A model generated the notes under the pieces. It saw only the letters and a list, made by a program, of their open reading frames with translations, searched no databases and was not told the origin of the DNA. From contig OZ245006.1 of assembly GCA_965223545.1 (NCBI GenBank), positions 2,656,001 through 2,720,000 on the forward strand: a stretch of 64,000 nucleotides of DNA. Direction: 5' to 3'. Positions 1-8,954 of the stretch are shown here, piece after piece. Position 1 is the first letter of the stretch; every line of letters starts with the position of its first letter. This stretch comes from Planctomycetota bacterium. Lineage in GTDB: Bacteria > Planctomycetota > UBA1135 > UBA2386. Both the position numbers and the translations under genes were made by a program.

Positions 1-567
1 CCGCCCCGCCGCAAGCCGGCCGCGCAGCGCACCGAGGGCGCGGCTGACCGCACGGCTGCCGGGCTCGACCCACCACACGCGCTGGCTGCGGTCGGCGAGT
101 TCCAGCAGCAGCGCGACCTCGCGCTCGCCCAGCTCGTCCAAGACATGGCTGACCAGCAGCAGGTCGGGCCGACAGTCACCGAGAACGTGCGCCGCCGCGA
201 CCGGGCGCGCGCGCCCCACCGACCCGTCCACGGCGCGCGCGGCGTACTCGGCCGCGCGCGCCGAGCGGTCGAGCAGGACCGCCTCGCCCACGCTCCACCG
301 CCGCGCGACCTGCCGAGTCGCGACACCGGTGCCGCAGCCGAAGTCGACGACCAGGCCGAAGTGGTCGGCGCCCCCGTTCCGCAGCGCGATCTCATCGAGC
401 ACCGCGTCCCATTTCCAGCCGATCCGCGCGGCAAACACCGCGTCGTAGTGGAGGAGATCGGCATCGTCGCGCCAGTAGTCGGCGACCCGACCCGGCCGCT
501 CACCGGCGAGCAAGAAGCGGTCTCGCAGATGCGCCAGACGGTCGAGCTCGAGCGGGGGCAGCGGCAT
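1..567 (-). CDS. SAM-dependent methyltransferase, Rsm22-like (3' end runs off window)
   Basis: Not in the ORF track; translated manually from ATG at 567: MPLPPLELDRLAHLRDRF...YW...YD...RIGWKWDAVL...VVDFGCGTG...LLVSHVLDEL...WVEPGS. Has SAM motif I and Rsm22-type later motifs. Confidence 0.75.
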   Translation of the reverse strand, partial: MPLPPLELDRLAHLRDRFLLAGERPGRVADYWRDDADLLHYDAVFAARIGWKWDAVLDEIALRNGGADHFGLVVDFGCGTGVATRQVARRWSVGEAVLLDRSARAAEYAARAVDGSVGRARPVAAAHVLGDCRPDLLLVSHVLDELGEREVALLLELADRSQRVWWVEPGSRAVSRALGALRGRLAAGR

Positions 568-582
568 CGTCAGTGGGAAGCA

Positions 583-1479
583 CTACCACGGCGGCGCGAA
601 GCTCGGCGCCGCACCGGCGCGCGGCTCTGGCCGCAGCTCCAGGGTGCGCACGCCGATCGGCTGCAGCGACGTGACCACCAGCCGCCGCAACCGGTAGCTG
701 TCGGGCGCCACATCGATCTCGACCCACGCGACATCGCGACCGCCCACGTCGCCAATCCCGCCGGCGCCAGCCCGCAACACCTCGCCACCGGCGTCGGCGT
801 GCGCACGAAAGTCGAGCGCACGCCTCACCGCGTCGCGGCGCAATGCCGCGAGCAGATCCGGCAGCTCCAAGTCCGCGACGCACAGCGGCACGCCCTCGAC
901 GATCTCGCCGGCGCCGGCCTCGCTCACCGACCGCTCGAACCGCTGTTCGCCGAGAAGGCCCCAGACGCGCCGGCCGTCGTAGCCCATGCGCACCGGTGCG
1001 GCACCGGCGGTCCCCGTCAGCGCAAACCGGCCCTCGGGCTCGACGGCGCCGCGGACCTCGAACGCGGGCGCGGCACGCGGGCTCGCCCACCCTCGCCAAC
1101 CGCGCACGGCATACTCACTCGGCTCGTGCAGGACGCCCTCGACGGCTGCCGCCAAGATCTGGCTCGCGTCCGGCGCCCACAGCGACCGCGCCCACAGCGC
1201 CGTCGCGACCACGGCCGCCAGCAGGCCAACCAGCGCAATCGCCCGCCCCAAGCGCCTCCGCGTTCGCGGGCCGGCGGTGGGCGACGGCATGCCCGGCGCA
1301 CCCAGGGCTGCCAGCACCCGGCCCTCGGCGGACGGCGCGTCCGCGGCGAATGCCGCGCGCAAGAGACCGTGCACGAACCTCTGCTCGGCGATCGAGCGCA
1401 ACACCTCAGGGTCGCGCGGCGCGGGCAGCGGCCCGTCGTGCAGCGTCTCATCGAACAACGCGGCCCGCTCGTCGCTCAT
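583..1479 (-). CDS. Putative anti-sigma factor, single TM plus extracytoplasmic domain
   Basis: ATGA overlap with the upstream ECF sigma stop; one hydrophobic segment (AIALVGLLAAVVATALW) followed by a beta-rich LolA-like region (MGYDGRRVW). Confidence 0.55.
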   Translation of the reverse strand: MSDERAALFDETLHDGPLPAPRDPEVLRSIAEQRFVHGLLRAAFAADAPSAEGRVLAALGAPGMPSPTAGPRTRRRLGRAIALVGLLAAVVATALWARSLWAPDASQILAAAVEGVLHEPSEYAVRGWRGWASPRAAPAFEVRGAVEPEGRFALTGTAGAAPVRMGYDGRRVWGLLGEQRFERSVSEAGAGEIVEGVPLCVADLELPDLLAALRRDAVRRALDFRAHADAGGEVLRAGAGGIGDVGGRDVAWVEIDVAPDSYRLRRLVVTSLQPIGVRTLELRPEPRAGAAPSFAPPW

Positions 1480-2027
1480 CGCCGCACCTCCCGGCGCGCG
1501 GTCGGCACGAGTTGGCGGCGCAGCGCGCGCGCCAACGCGGTCCGTGCCGCTTGCACGACCAGCCGCGCGGCGTCTTCTCCGAGTCCGAGATGGGCGCCGA
1601 TCGTCGCGCAGGACGCACCGCGGTCGTAGTGCATCACCAGCGCGCTCCGCTGCTGCTCGGATAGCGCATCGGTGGCGGCGATGACGCGCGCCATCTGCTG
1701 CCGGCCGTCGGATCCTTCGACCCGGTCCAGTAGCGCGAAGCTCTCCTCGATTCTCGCCAGCATCGGGCGATCACAGTGGTACACCCCGGCGCGGTCGACG
1801 CTGCCGCGCAACCCCAGCAGCCGGCGCGCGGCGAGACCGCGCAGCCAGGGCCCGGCCGGGCTGCGCGGGTCGAGGTGGTCGAGCTCGCGCCGCGCATCGC
1901 CGAAGGTCGCGCGCAGGACGGCTTCGGCGACCCCGGGATCGCGCACGCAGGCGAGCACGAACGCGCGCACGACCTCCAGGTTTGCGCGCACGATGCGCTC
2001 GAACCGATCTTGCCCAGCACCACTCAT
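1476..2027 (-). CDS. ECF RNA polymerase sigma-70 factor
   Basis: Region 2 (VRAFVLACVRDPGVAEAVLRATF...WLRGLA) and region 4 (LSEQQRSALVMHY...ATIGAHLG). Start placed at ATG 2027. Confidence 0.8.
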   Translation of the reverse strand: MSGAGQDRFERIVRANLEVVRAFVLACVRDPGVAEAVLRATFGDARRELDHLDPRSPAGPWLRGLAARRLLGLRGSVDRAGVYHCDRPMLARIEESFALLDRVEGSDGRQQMARVIAATDALSEQQRSALVMHYDRGASCATIGAHLGLGEDAARLVVQAARTALARALRRQLVPTARREVRR

Positions 2028-2105
2028 CGCCTTGCCCCCATGGTGAGCGACGGCGGCGCCGGCCGCCAGAGTCGATCGCACCCGGGGCGACGCTTCTTCA
2101 TGCAA

Positions 2106-3413
2106 TCACGGGAAACAGCGCGCGAACGCGCGCAGCCAGCGCAGTCGGCCACGGATCCGGACCCGGCGCCGCAGCAGCGCCCAGACGAGGCTGCGCTCGC
2201 CGGCGAGATAGCCCAACCACGTCTCGCCGTCCGCCGTGACCGTGCTGTGCGCCCGCCCGTGCAAGCCGTCGCGGACCGACAGCGTGCGGTCGCGAATCGC
2301 CACCGTGGCGTCGCCGGCCTGCGCGCCGGTGAAGCGAAAATGATACACCGCGTCGAGCCCCCCGGCCTGACCGCGCTGGAAGGTGAGCGGCAAACCATCC
2401 AAGAACTCCCGCACGCTGCGCGGCCGCAGCGCGTTGCCGACCAGGCGCAGCTGCTTGTGCGGAAACCGCCGGCGCACGTGCGCGGCCGCGTCCGATCCCG
2501 GCAGCGCGTACACCGGCTCGGACTCGGCCTGCAGCGGCTTGACCACTTGCTGTACGAAGGCAGGCCGATCCGCCGCGAACGGGCCGATCACGTCCTCGCC
2601 CGCCGGGCACACCGCCATGCAGTAGGCGGCCTTGTAGTTGGCGCCGAACGACAGGCTCTGCCACATCGACACCGACTCGGTGTCGCGCACGCGACGCCGG
2701 TAGTCGGTCGCGCTCTTGGCGCCGGCGACCTGCTCGGTCCAATCGGTGAAGCCGCTCATGAACTCGCGGTAGTTGTGCGTGTAGCACGCCGAGAAGTCGA
2801 AGTGTCCGTCGGCCCCGATGGCACCGACCGGGCAAGCGGCGACGCAGAGTTTGCACGACAAACACGGGTTGGCGTCCAAGGGCCGGTCATAGTGATCGAC
2901 CGCGGCATCGATGAGCACCGTGCCCAACAGCACGAAGTTGCCGTGCACGGGGTGGATGAGATTGCGGTGGATCCCCATCACGCCCAAGCCCGCCTCCTGT
3001 GCCACCAGCTTGTGCGAGACGACCCAGATCCTGCCGGGGAACTGCTCCATCTCCATCGGGAACCCCATCGACGGACTCAGCGCGCGCACGCCCCGCTCCT
3101 GCAGCGCGGCGACGATGCGCCGGCCGACCTCGTTGACCGCGTCGCCGGTGTGGTGGAACTCGAGATTGGCCACCGATCGGGCCGGCGAGCGGAGCGGTGT
3201 GCGCGCCATGCGACAGACGAACGCGACCAAGGCGCGCGTTCCCGGCAGCGCACGGATCAGATGGGGCCGCTCGCCGACGAGACCCGGGCGTTCGATCTCG
3301 ACGAAGCCGACATCGTCCGCGCCGGCAGACCGGCACAGAGCGCGCAGCTCTTCGGCTGCCCAGACTGGGGACCCCGCGGCGGGCTGCAGCTGTGATGTGG
3401 AAGACTGTTGCAT
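2106..3413 (-). CDS. QueG/RdhA-like 4Fe-4S protein with C-terminal SCP2 sterol-binding domain
   Basis: AGADDVGFV; SHKLVAQEAGLGVMGIHRNLIHP..GNFVLLGTV; CLSCKLCVAACPVGAI; YCMAVCP; SCP2-like tail (YHFRFTG...VTADGETWL). Start ATG 3413. Confidence 0.8.
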   Translation of the reverse strand: MQQSSTSQLQPAAGSPVWAAEELRALCRSAGADDVGFVEIERPGLVGERPHLIRALPGTRALVAFVCRMARTPLRSPARSVANLEFHHTGDAVNEVGRRIVAALQERGVRALSPSMGFPMEMEQFPGRIWVVSHKLVAQEAGLGVMGIHRNLIHPVHGNFVLLGTVLIDAAVDHYDRPLDANPCLSCKLCVAACPVGAIGADGHFDFSACYTHNYREFMSGFTDWTEQVAGAKSATDYRRRVRDTESVSMWQSLSFGANYKAAYCMAVCPAGEDVIGPFAADRPAFVQQVVKPLQAESEPVYALPGSDAAAHVRRRFPHKQLRLVGNALRPRSVREFLDGLPLTFQRGQAGGLDAVYHFRFTGAQAGDATVAIRDRTLSVRDGLHGRAHSTVTADGETWLGYLAGERSLVWALLRRRVRIRGRLRWLRAFARCFP

Positions 3414-3420
3414 ATACAAC
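3407..3420. promoter_or_regulatory. Palindromic operator GTTGCATATACAAC overlapping the Fe-S/SCP2 start codon
   Basis: AT-rich 14-bp near-perfect palindrome (one mismatched pair) in GC-rich context; candidate MarR site. Confidence 0.6.
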
Positions 3421-3608
3421 CTAGCTCTGCGCTACGAAGCGCTGCGGGGGGCGGTACCGAAACAGGAAACCTTCCGTTGTCCGGGAGTGGCGGCGATCGG
3501 CCCGCTGCCGAATGCGACTCGTCGTTGATCGCGCACGCCCTCGCCGGTACACCCTGCGCGGTCGCCCGCCTGCGCCGGCGACGCCCCAACCCCTTGTGAG
3601 GACGAGCG

Positions 3609-5123
3609 ATGAGCGAAGCGGCCGCGAAAGAACCCGACTTCCAACCCCCGCCGGCCGGAGAGTTCCTGGGCCACCCCACGGCACTTTGGAACTTGTTCGG
3701 CGCCGAGTTCTGGGAGCGCTTCTGCTACTACGGCATGCGCGCCGTGCTCGCCCCGTACGTGGCGATGCAGTTCTTCGCGCACTTCGGCGAACGGGCCGAC
3801 GCCGAGGCCAGCTCGACCTACGGCGGCTACACCGCGATGGTGTACATGACGGGCATCCTCGGCGGCTACGTCGCCGACAAGGTGCTCGGCTACCAGCGCT
3901 CCATCATGCTTGGCGGCGCACTGATGGCGGTCGGCATGTTCATGCTGCTGGCGCCGGACCTGACCACGTTCTTGGTCGGCCTGGCGGTGATCGTCGTCGG
4001 CAACGGCCTGTTCAAGCCCAACATCTCGACGATGGTGGGCAAGCTGTACGCGCCTGGGGACGCGCGCCGCGACTCGGGCTTCACGATCTTCTACATGGGG
4101 ATCAACGCGGGCGCGCTGGTCGCCCCGCTGGTGTGTGGCACCTGGATCGGCGCGAGATGGGGCCTCGAGTACGGCTTCCTCGCCGCCGCCATCGGCATGC
4201 TGGCCGGACTGATGGTGTTCCAGGTCTTCAAGGGCTGGCTCGGCCACGTCGGGCGACCCCTGGAGGACAAGCCCGGACTGGGCCCCATCATTCAGGTCGT
4301 CGCGCTGTGCGCAATCGCGGTGGCGCCGGTCTACCTGTTTCTCAACCGGAGCGAGATCCTGGCGACCGTGCTGGCAGTCATGATGCTCGGCCTCGCCGGC
4401 TGGTTCATCTACAGCGGCATCACCAGCGGCAGCCGCGAGCAGCTGCACCGCTACATCGCGATGCTGATCCTGTTCGTCGCCAACATCTGCTTCTGGACGC
4501 TGTTCGAGCAAGCGGGCTCGTCGTTGAACTTCTTCGCCCGCGACTACTCGACGCCGATGTTCGGCACGATGGACGAATGGGTCGGCGGCGGCTTCACCGC
4601 CTTCCAATCGGTCAACCCGGTCTTCATCCTGCTGCTGGCGCCGGTGTTTGCCGCGCTCTGGCCAAAGCTCGACCAGGTGTCGATGAACCCGTCGATCCCG
4701 CGCAAGTTCAGCTTCGGCTTGCTCGGCGTCGGCCTCGGCTTCTACGCCCTCGTGTTTGCCGCCGGCAACATGCAGGACGAGAGTGGCCGGGTGCCGTGGG
4801 TCATGATCATGCTCTGCTACCTGATCCACACCATGGGCGAGCTCTGCCTGTCACCGATCGGCCTGTCGATGGTGACCAAGCTGGCGCGGCCGAGCGAGAC
4901 CGGTCTGGCGATGGGCGGCTGGTTCCTGTCCATCTCGACGGGCAACTACGTGGCCGGACAGATCGCGAAGATGGCGGCCAGCGGTGGCGGCGATGCCGAA
5001 GCCGGCTCGCTCACCGGCTACGTGCAGGTCTTCGACCAGCTGTTCTGGAGCGGACTGATCGCGGCGGTGGTGTTCTTCATTCTCGCCCCGCTGATCAACA
5101 AGCTGATGCACGGCGTCAAGTGA
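3609..5123 (+). CDS. Proton-dependent oligopeptide transporter (POT/PTR, MFS)
   Basis: GHP..L...EFWERFCYYGMR (ExxERFxYY), GNGLFKPNIS, FYMGINAG, GELCLSPIGLS; many TM helices. Confidence 0.95.
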   Translation: MSEAAAKEPDFQPPPAGEFLGHPTALWNLFGAEFWERFCYYGMRAVLAPYVAMQFFAHFGERADAEASSTYGGYTAMVYMTGILGGYVADKVLGYQRSIMLGGALMAVGMFMLLAPDLTTFLVGLAVIVVGNGLFKPNISTMVGKLYAPGDARRDSGFTIFYMGINAGALVAPLVCGTWIGARWGLEYGFLAAAIGMLAGLMVFQVFKGWLGHVGRPLEDKPGLGPIIQVVALCAIAVAPVYLFLNRSEILATVLAVMMLGLAGWFIYSGITSGSREQLHRYIAMLILFVANICFWTLFEQAGSSLNFFARDYSTPMFGTMDEWVGGGFTAFQSVNPVFILLLAPVFAALWPKLDQVSMNPSIPRKFSFGLLGVGLGFYALVFAAGNMQDESGRVPWVMIMLCYLIHTMGELCLSPIGLSMVTKLARPSETGLAMGGWFLSISTGNYVAGQIAKMAASGGGDAEAGSLTGYVQVFDQLFWSGLIAAVVFFILAPLINKLMHGVK

Positions 5124-5565
5124 CGCCGCCGCGCGCGCTGCGCCCCAAGCGGCGCAGCGCGGCCGCTCCGCCAGCGCCGACCAGTGCCGCCACCTGCTGC
5201 TGCGCCGCGCTCCAGGGCGCGTGCGCCCGCACCAGCAACCGCCGGCCGGCGGCCGTCAGCGCGAGCTCGTGACTGCGGCCGTCGTCTCCGGCGCCGTACT
5301 CGACCCAGCCGCGCTCGTGCAGCCGCTCGAGGGCGCGGCTGAGGCTCGACTTCTCGAGCTCGAGCGCCGCCACCAAGCGCTGCTGCGCGCACGGTCCGAG
5401 AACGCCCAGCGCGGCCAACACGTTGAGCTGGGTGGCGCGCAGCCCCAGCGGCCGCAGCGCGTCGTCGTAGATCCGCGTCACCACCCGGCTGAGCACGCGC
5501 GCGCGCACCGCCAAGCAGTCGCGCGCCATCGCAGCGGCGGCCTCGCGCGCCGACGGCGCACTCAT
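5116..5565 (-). CDS. MarR family transcriptional regulator
   Basis: CLAVRARVLSRVVTRIYDDALRPLGLRATQ...LELEKSSLSRALERL...DGRS..LALT..G winged HTH. Confidence 0.9.
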   Translation of the reverse strand: MSAPSAREAAAAMARDCLAVRARVLSRVVTRIYDDALRPLGLRATQLNVLAALGVLGPCAQQRLVAALELEKSSLSRALERLHERGWVEYGAGDDGRSHELALTAAGRRLLVRAHAPWSAAQQQVAALVGAGGAAALRRLGRSARGGVT

Positions 5566-6449
5566 TGCCGCTGCTCGCGGTGATCGAAACGCCGGTGCGT
5601 GAAGAAGTGCAGCACTTGGTACAGGGCCTGATCCTCGGTCGGCAAGAAGGTGTGACCGACGGGGACGCGGATCGCGTCGGCTTCCCCGGCTAGACGCGCC
5701 TCAGCGGTGCCGACTCGGCCATCGTCATCGCCGGGGATCGAAGCGCTGAATCCCTCACCATCGCCGCGCCCGCCGTACACGTTGCCGAGCGGCATCGGTG
5801 GCGGCCCCAGCGTGGCGATGTAGCCGTTGCTCGGCGCCAGCTGGGCGGCGGCGGCAGAGCCGAGGATCAAGCGGTAGTACCAGGTGTCGTGCAGCTGCTC
5901 GGCCATCACCGCGCCTTGGTTGGGAGTGCCGAGAAACACCGCCGCGCGGAACGGCCGCGCGTCCGCGCGCGCCGCGTAAGTGCGCAGCACCAAGCCCCCC
6001 ATGCTGTGCGCCACCCCGAACAGCTCGACGGGTTGGCCATCGTCCCAGCCGCGGGCGGCGAGCTCGGCCTCGAGCCGCTCCGCCAGCCAGGCGCCGAGCT
6101 CGGGCAGCGTGCGCCCGTGCCCGAAGTAGGTCTCGGCAAACACGGGATACCCGTGCGCCTCGAGCAACCGCTCGATCTTCCACATCGACCAGCAACTGCG
6201 CGCGACGCCGTGCAGCGCGACCGCGAGCCGTCGCCGCCCGTCCGGTGGCGCCACCAGGGCCGGATGGTGCGCATTGGCGCCGAGGTTGATCACGGCGTCG
6301 AACGGCGTGGTCAGCTTGGTCAGCCCGGTGCAGGCCGCCAGGGTGAACACCCCCCCGCCGAGCAGGCCCATGCCGAGCCACCGCCACCGCGACCGGCGCC
6401 GCAACGGCACCGCGCTCTTGTCCCCAGTGGCTGCCGCGGGCTCAGCCAT
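5562..6449 (-). CDS. Alpha/beta hydrolase (lipase/PGAP1-like), N-terminal membrane anchor or lipoprotein signal
   Basis: LHG oxyanion motif, AHSMGG nucleophile elbow, LGTPNQG, DDGRV, GHT; TLAAC possible lipobox. Confidence 0.85.
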   Translation of the reverse strand: MAEPAAATGDKSAVPLRRRSRWRWLGMGLLGGGVFTLAACTGLTKLTTPFDAVINLGANAHHPALVAPPDGRRRLAVALHGVARSCWSMWKIERLLEAHGYPVFAETYFGHGRTLPELGAWLAERLEAELAARGWDDGQPVELFGVAHSMGGLVLRTYAARADARPFRAAVFLGTPNQGAVMAEQLHDTWYYRLILGSAAAAQLAPSNGYIATLGPPPMPLGNVYGGRGDGEGFSASIPGDDDGRVGTAEARLAGEADAIRVPVGHTFLPTEDQALYQVLHFFTHRRFDHREQRQ

Positions 6450-8169
6450 CACCTCCCAGCTCCGCGCGCACGCGCTCGAGCACGGTGCCCGCGTCGATCT
6501 CGCTGCGGTCGCTGCCGCGCCGCACGGTGAACTCGACGACGCGCTCCTCGGCGCGCCGACCGACGACCACCTGCAGGGGGAAACCGAGCAGATCCAGGTC
6601 CTTGAACTTCGCGCCGGGGCTCATCTTGCGATCATCGAGGCAGGCGTCGACTCCATCGGCCAACAGCGTCTGGTAGAGCTCTTCGGCGAGCGCGCGCTGG
6701 GATTCGCGCTTGACGTCGACGATCGCGACCACGACCTCGAACGGCGCGATCGGCGCTGGCCAGACGATGCCCTTGTCATCGTGGCACTGCTCCACCGCCG
6801 CCGCCGCCGTGCGGCTGATGCCGATGCCATAGCACCCCATGACGAACGGGGCCGGCTTGCCGTTCTGCGCCGCGAAGGTCGCCCCCATGGTCTCCGAGTA
6901 CTTGGTGCCGAGCTTGAAGATGTGGCCGACCTCGATGCCGCGGGCCTCGCGCAGCGTGCCCTCGCCGGTCGGGCAGGTCTCACCGGCGCGCGCGGTGCGC
7001 AAGTCGTGAAACTGCGCCGGCCGCGTGTCGCGCCCCAGGTTGACGTCGATGCAGTGGTAGCCGGTCTCATTGCAGCCACACAGCAAGTTGTTCTGCCGCT
7101 TCAACAACACATCGGCCAGCAGCGGGATGTCCTCCGGCAAGCCGACCGGTCCGGCAAACCCCACCTCCGCGCCGGTGCTGCGCGCGACCTCTTGCTCGTC
7201 ACACAACCGCACCGTCAACGCATCGAGCGCGTTCTGCAGCTTGACCTCGTTGAGCTCGCTGTCGCCGCGCATCATCACCGCGACGACCTGCTCGCGCTCG
7301 GCGTAGACCGCGGTGTAGAGCAGCGTCTTGGCCATCCGCTGCGGCGGCAGATCGAAGAAGGACTGCAGCTGCTCGACCGTGCGCACGTCGGGGGTCTCGA
7401 CCCTCTGCATCGGCCGCGGCTCGCCGGCGTCGTCGACCGCCGCGACCCGCGACGTCGCCTTCTCGACGTTGGCCGCGTAGCCGGACTCCTCGCAGAACAG
7501 CACCGCGTCCTCACCGGTGTCGGCGAGCACCATGAACTCCTCGCTGCCACTGCCGCCGATGGCACCGGCGTCGGCCTGCACGACGGTGAAGGTCAGCCCG
7601 CAGCGCGCGAACGCGTTGCGGTAGGCCTGCGCCATCTTGTCGTAGGCCACGTCGAGCCCAGCCGGATCGACGTCGAACGAGTACGCGTCCATCATGATGA
7701 ACTCGCGCCCGCGCATCAGGCCGAACCGCGGCCGGATCTCGTCGCGGAACTTGTCTTGGATCTGGTACAGGTTGACGGGCAGCTGCCGGTAGCTGTTGAT
7801 CAGCGTGTTGGCGAAGTCGGTCACCACCTCTTCGTGCGTGGGCCCCAGACACAGCTCGCCGCCGCGGCGGTCCTTCAGCGTGAACATGATGCCCTCGCCG
7901 ACGTAGCGCTCCCAGCGCTCCGAAGCCTCCCACAGCTCCTTGGGATGCAGGATCGGCATCATCATCTCCTGCGCCCCCTGTGCATCGAGCTCCTCGCGCA
8001 CGATCTGACTGACCTTGCGCAAGGTGCGCCACATCAGCGGCGCGTAGGTGTAGAGCCCGGCAGCGGTCTTGACGATGTAGCCGGCGCGCGCCAGCAGGCG
8101 GTGGCTCGGCACCTCGGCGTCGGCAGGGTCCTCGCGCAGAGTGGTGATCAGCAGCTGGCTCAGTCGCAT
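6442..8169 (-). CDS. proS: Proline--tRNA ligase (bacterial type with editing domain)
   Basis: SHRLLARAGYI, LGPTHEE, FRDEIRPRFGLMRGREF, GIEVGHIFKLGTKYS, MGCYGIG. Confidence 0.98.
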   Translation of the reverse strand: MRLSQLLITTLREDPADAEVPSHRLLARAGYIVKTAAGLYTYAPLMWRTLRKVSQIVREELDAQGAQEMMMPILHPKELWEASERWERYVGEGIMFTLKDRRGGELCLGPTHEEVVTDFANTLINSYRQLPVNLYQIQDKFRDEIRPRFGLMRGREFIMMDAYSFDVDPAGLDVAYDKMAQAYRNAFARCGLTFTVVQADAGAIGGSGSEEFMVLADTGEDAVLFCEESGYAANVEKATSRVAAVDDAGEPRPMQRVETPDVRTVEQLQSFFDLPPQRMAKTLLYTAVYAEREQVVAVMMRGDSELNEVKLQNALDALTVRLCDEQEVARSTGAEVGFAGPVGLPEDIPLLADVLLKRQNNLLCGCNETGYHCIDVNLGRDTRPAQFHDLRTARAGETCPTGEGTLREARGIEVGHIFKLGTKYSETMGATFAAQNGKPAPFVMGCYGIGISRTAAAAVEQCHDDKGIVWPAPIAPFEVVVAIVDVKRESQRALAEELYQTLLADGVDACLDDRKMSPGAKFKDLDLLGFPLQVVVGRRAEERVVEFTVRRGSDRSEIDAGTVLERVRAELGGDG

Positions 8170-8237
8170 CGCGCTGGACAGTAGCGCGCGCGCCGCCGCG
8201 AAGAAACGGGCCCGCCGCGAGACGCTCCGTCGAAGAC

Positions 8238-8272
8238 CCTCAGTCGAGGCCTCTGTCGAGACCTCAGTCGAG
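8238..8272. repeat. 12-bp tandem repeat x3 (CCTCAGTCGAG-N) including the stop codon of the 8264-8842 gene
   Basis: cctcagtcgag-g / cctctgtcgag-a / cctcagtcgag read directly. Confidence 0.85.
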
Positions 8273-8842
8273 CTCGATCACGAACAGGCAGCTGAAGCTG
8301 ATCACGTTCTCGCTGAAGAACCGCGACATGTCGACGGCGCCCTGCAGGCGCACCATTCCCTGGGCGTTGGCGAACCGCCGCGAGCCCCAGAGGATGTTGC
8401 CCTGATCGGGGACGCTGCCGGTGACGTGGGTCTTGCCAGGCGCGCCATCGACGACCGGCTGAATCGTGGTGCGGTTGCGGGACTTGAGCGAGCCCCCGGG
8501 GAGGTGGAAGAACGAGGTGTTGGTGATGGCAAAGCCCTCGCCGAGCATGGGGTTGCCACCGGAGATGGTGTTGACGTCGAGGCAGTCCGACGCGGTGCCG
8601 ATGACTTTGCCCGTGGCGAGGTCGACGAGGTCGATGTCGAAGCAGTTGAGCATCACGCCATCGATCAAGCGCATCTCGCCGGTGGCGGTACCGCGCATCT
8701 CGAGCACCAAACGCTCGCCGGCGTTGGCCGGAAGCTCCATTGCCGGCGACTCCGCGGTGGGAGCAAGCGGCAAAGTCAGCGGAGCGGTGATCGAAACCAG
8801 ACCGAGAACCAAGGCGGCGGGGACGGACTTGAAGGACAGCAT
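8264..8842 (-). CDS. Secreted beta-barrel protein, allene-oxide-cyclase/dirigent-like
   Basis: Signal peptide MLSFKSVPAALVLGLV...; GKVIGTASDC, FHLPGGSL, ILWGSRRFANAQGMVRL resembling AOC/dirigent barrel strands. The ORF-track extension upstream is judged spurious. Confidence 0.6.
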   Translation of the reverse strand: MLSFKSVPAALVLGLVSITAPLTLPLAPTAESPAMELPANAGERLVLEMRGTATGEMRLIDGVMLNCFDIDLVDLATGKVIGTASDCLDVNTISGGNPMLGEGFAITNTSFFHLPGGSLKSRNRTTIQPVVDGAPGKTHVTGSVPDQGNILWGSRRFANAQGMVRLQGAVDMSRFFSENVISFSCLFVIELD

Positions 8843-8954
8843 GGGGTCGGAACCTCGATTGTGAGACGGGATGGAAACGCCCGCGCGCGCGGGCGCCGTC
8901 TCCTCATGCGCAGCCCCGTGGCCCCACCGGCCACATCTTTTCTCTGCAGGCTCG

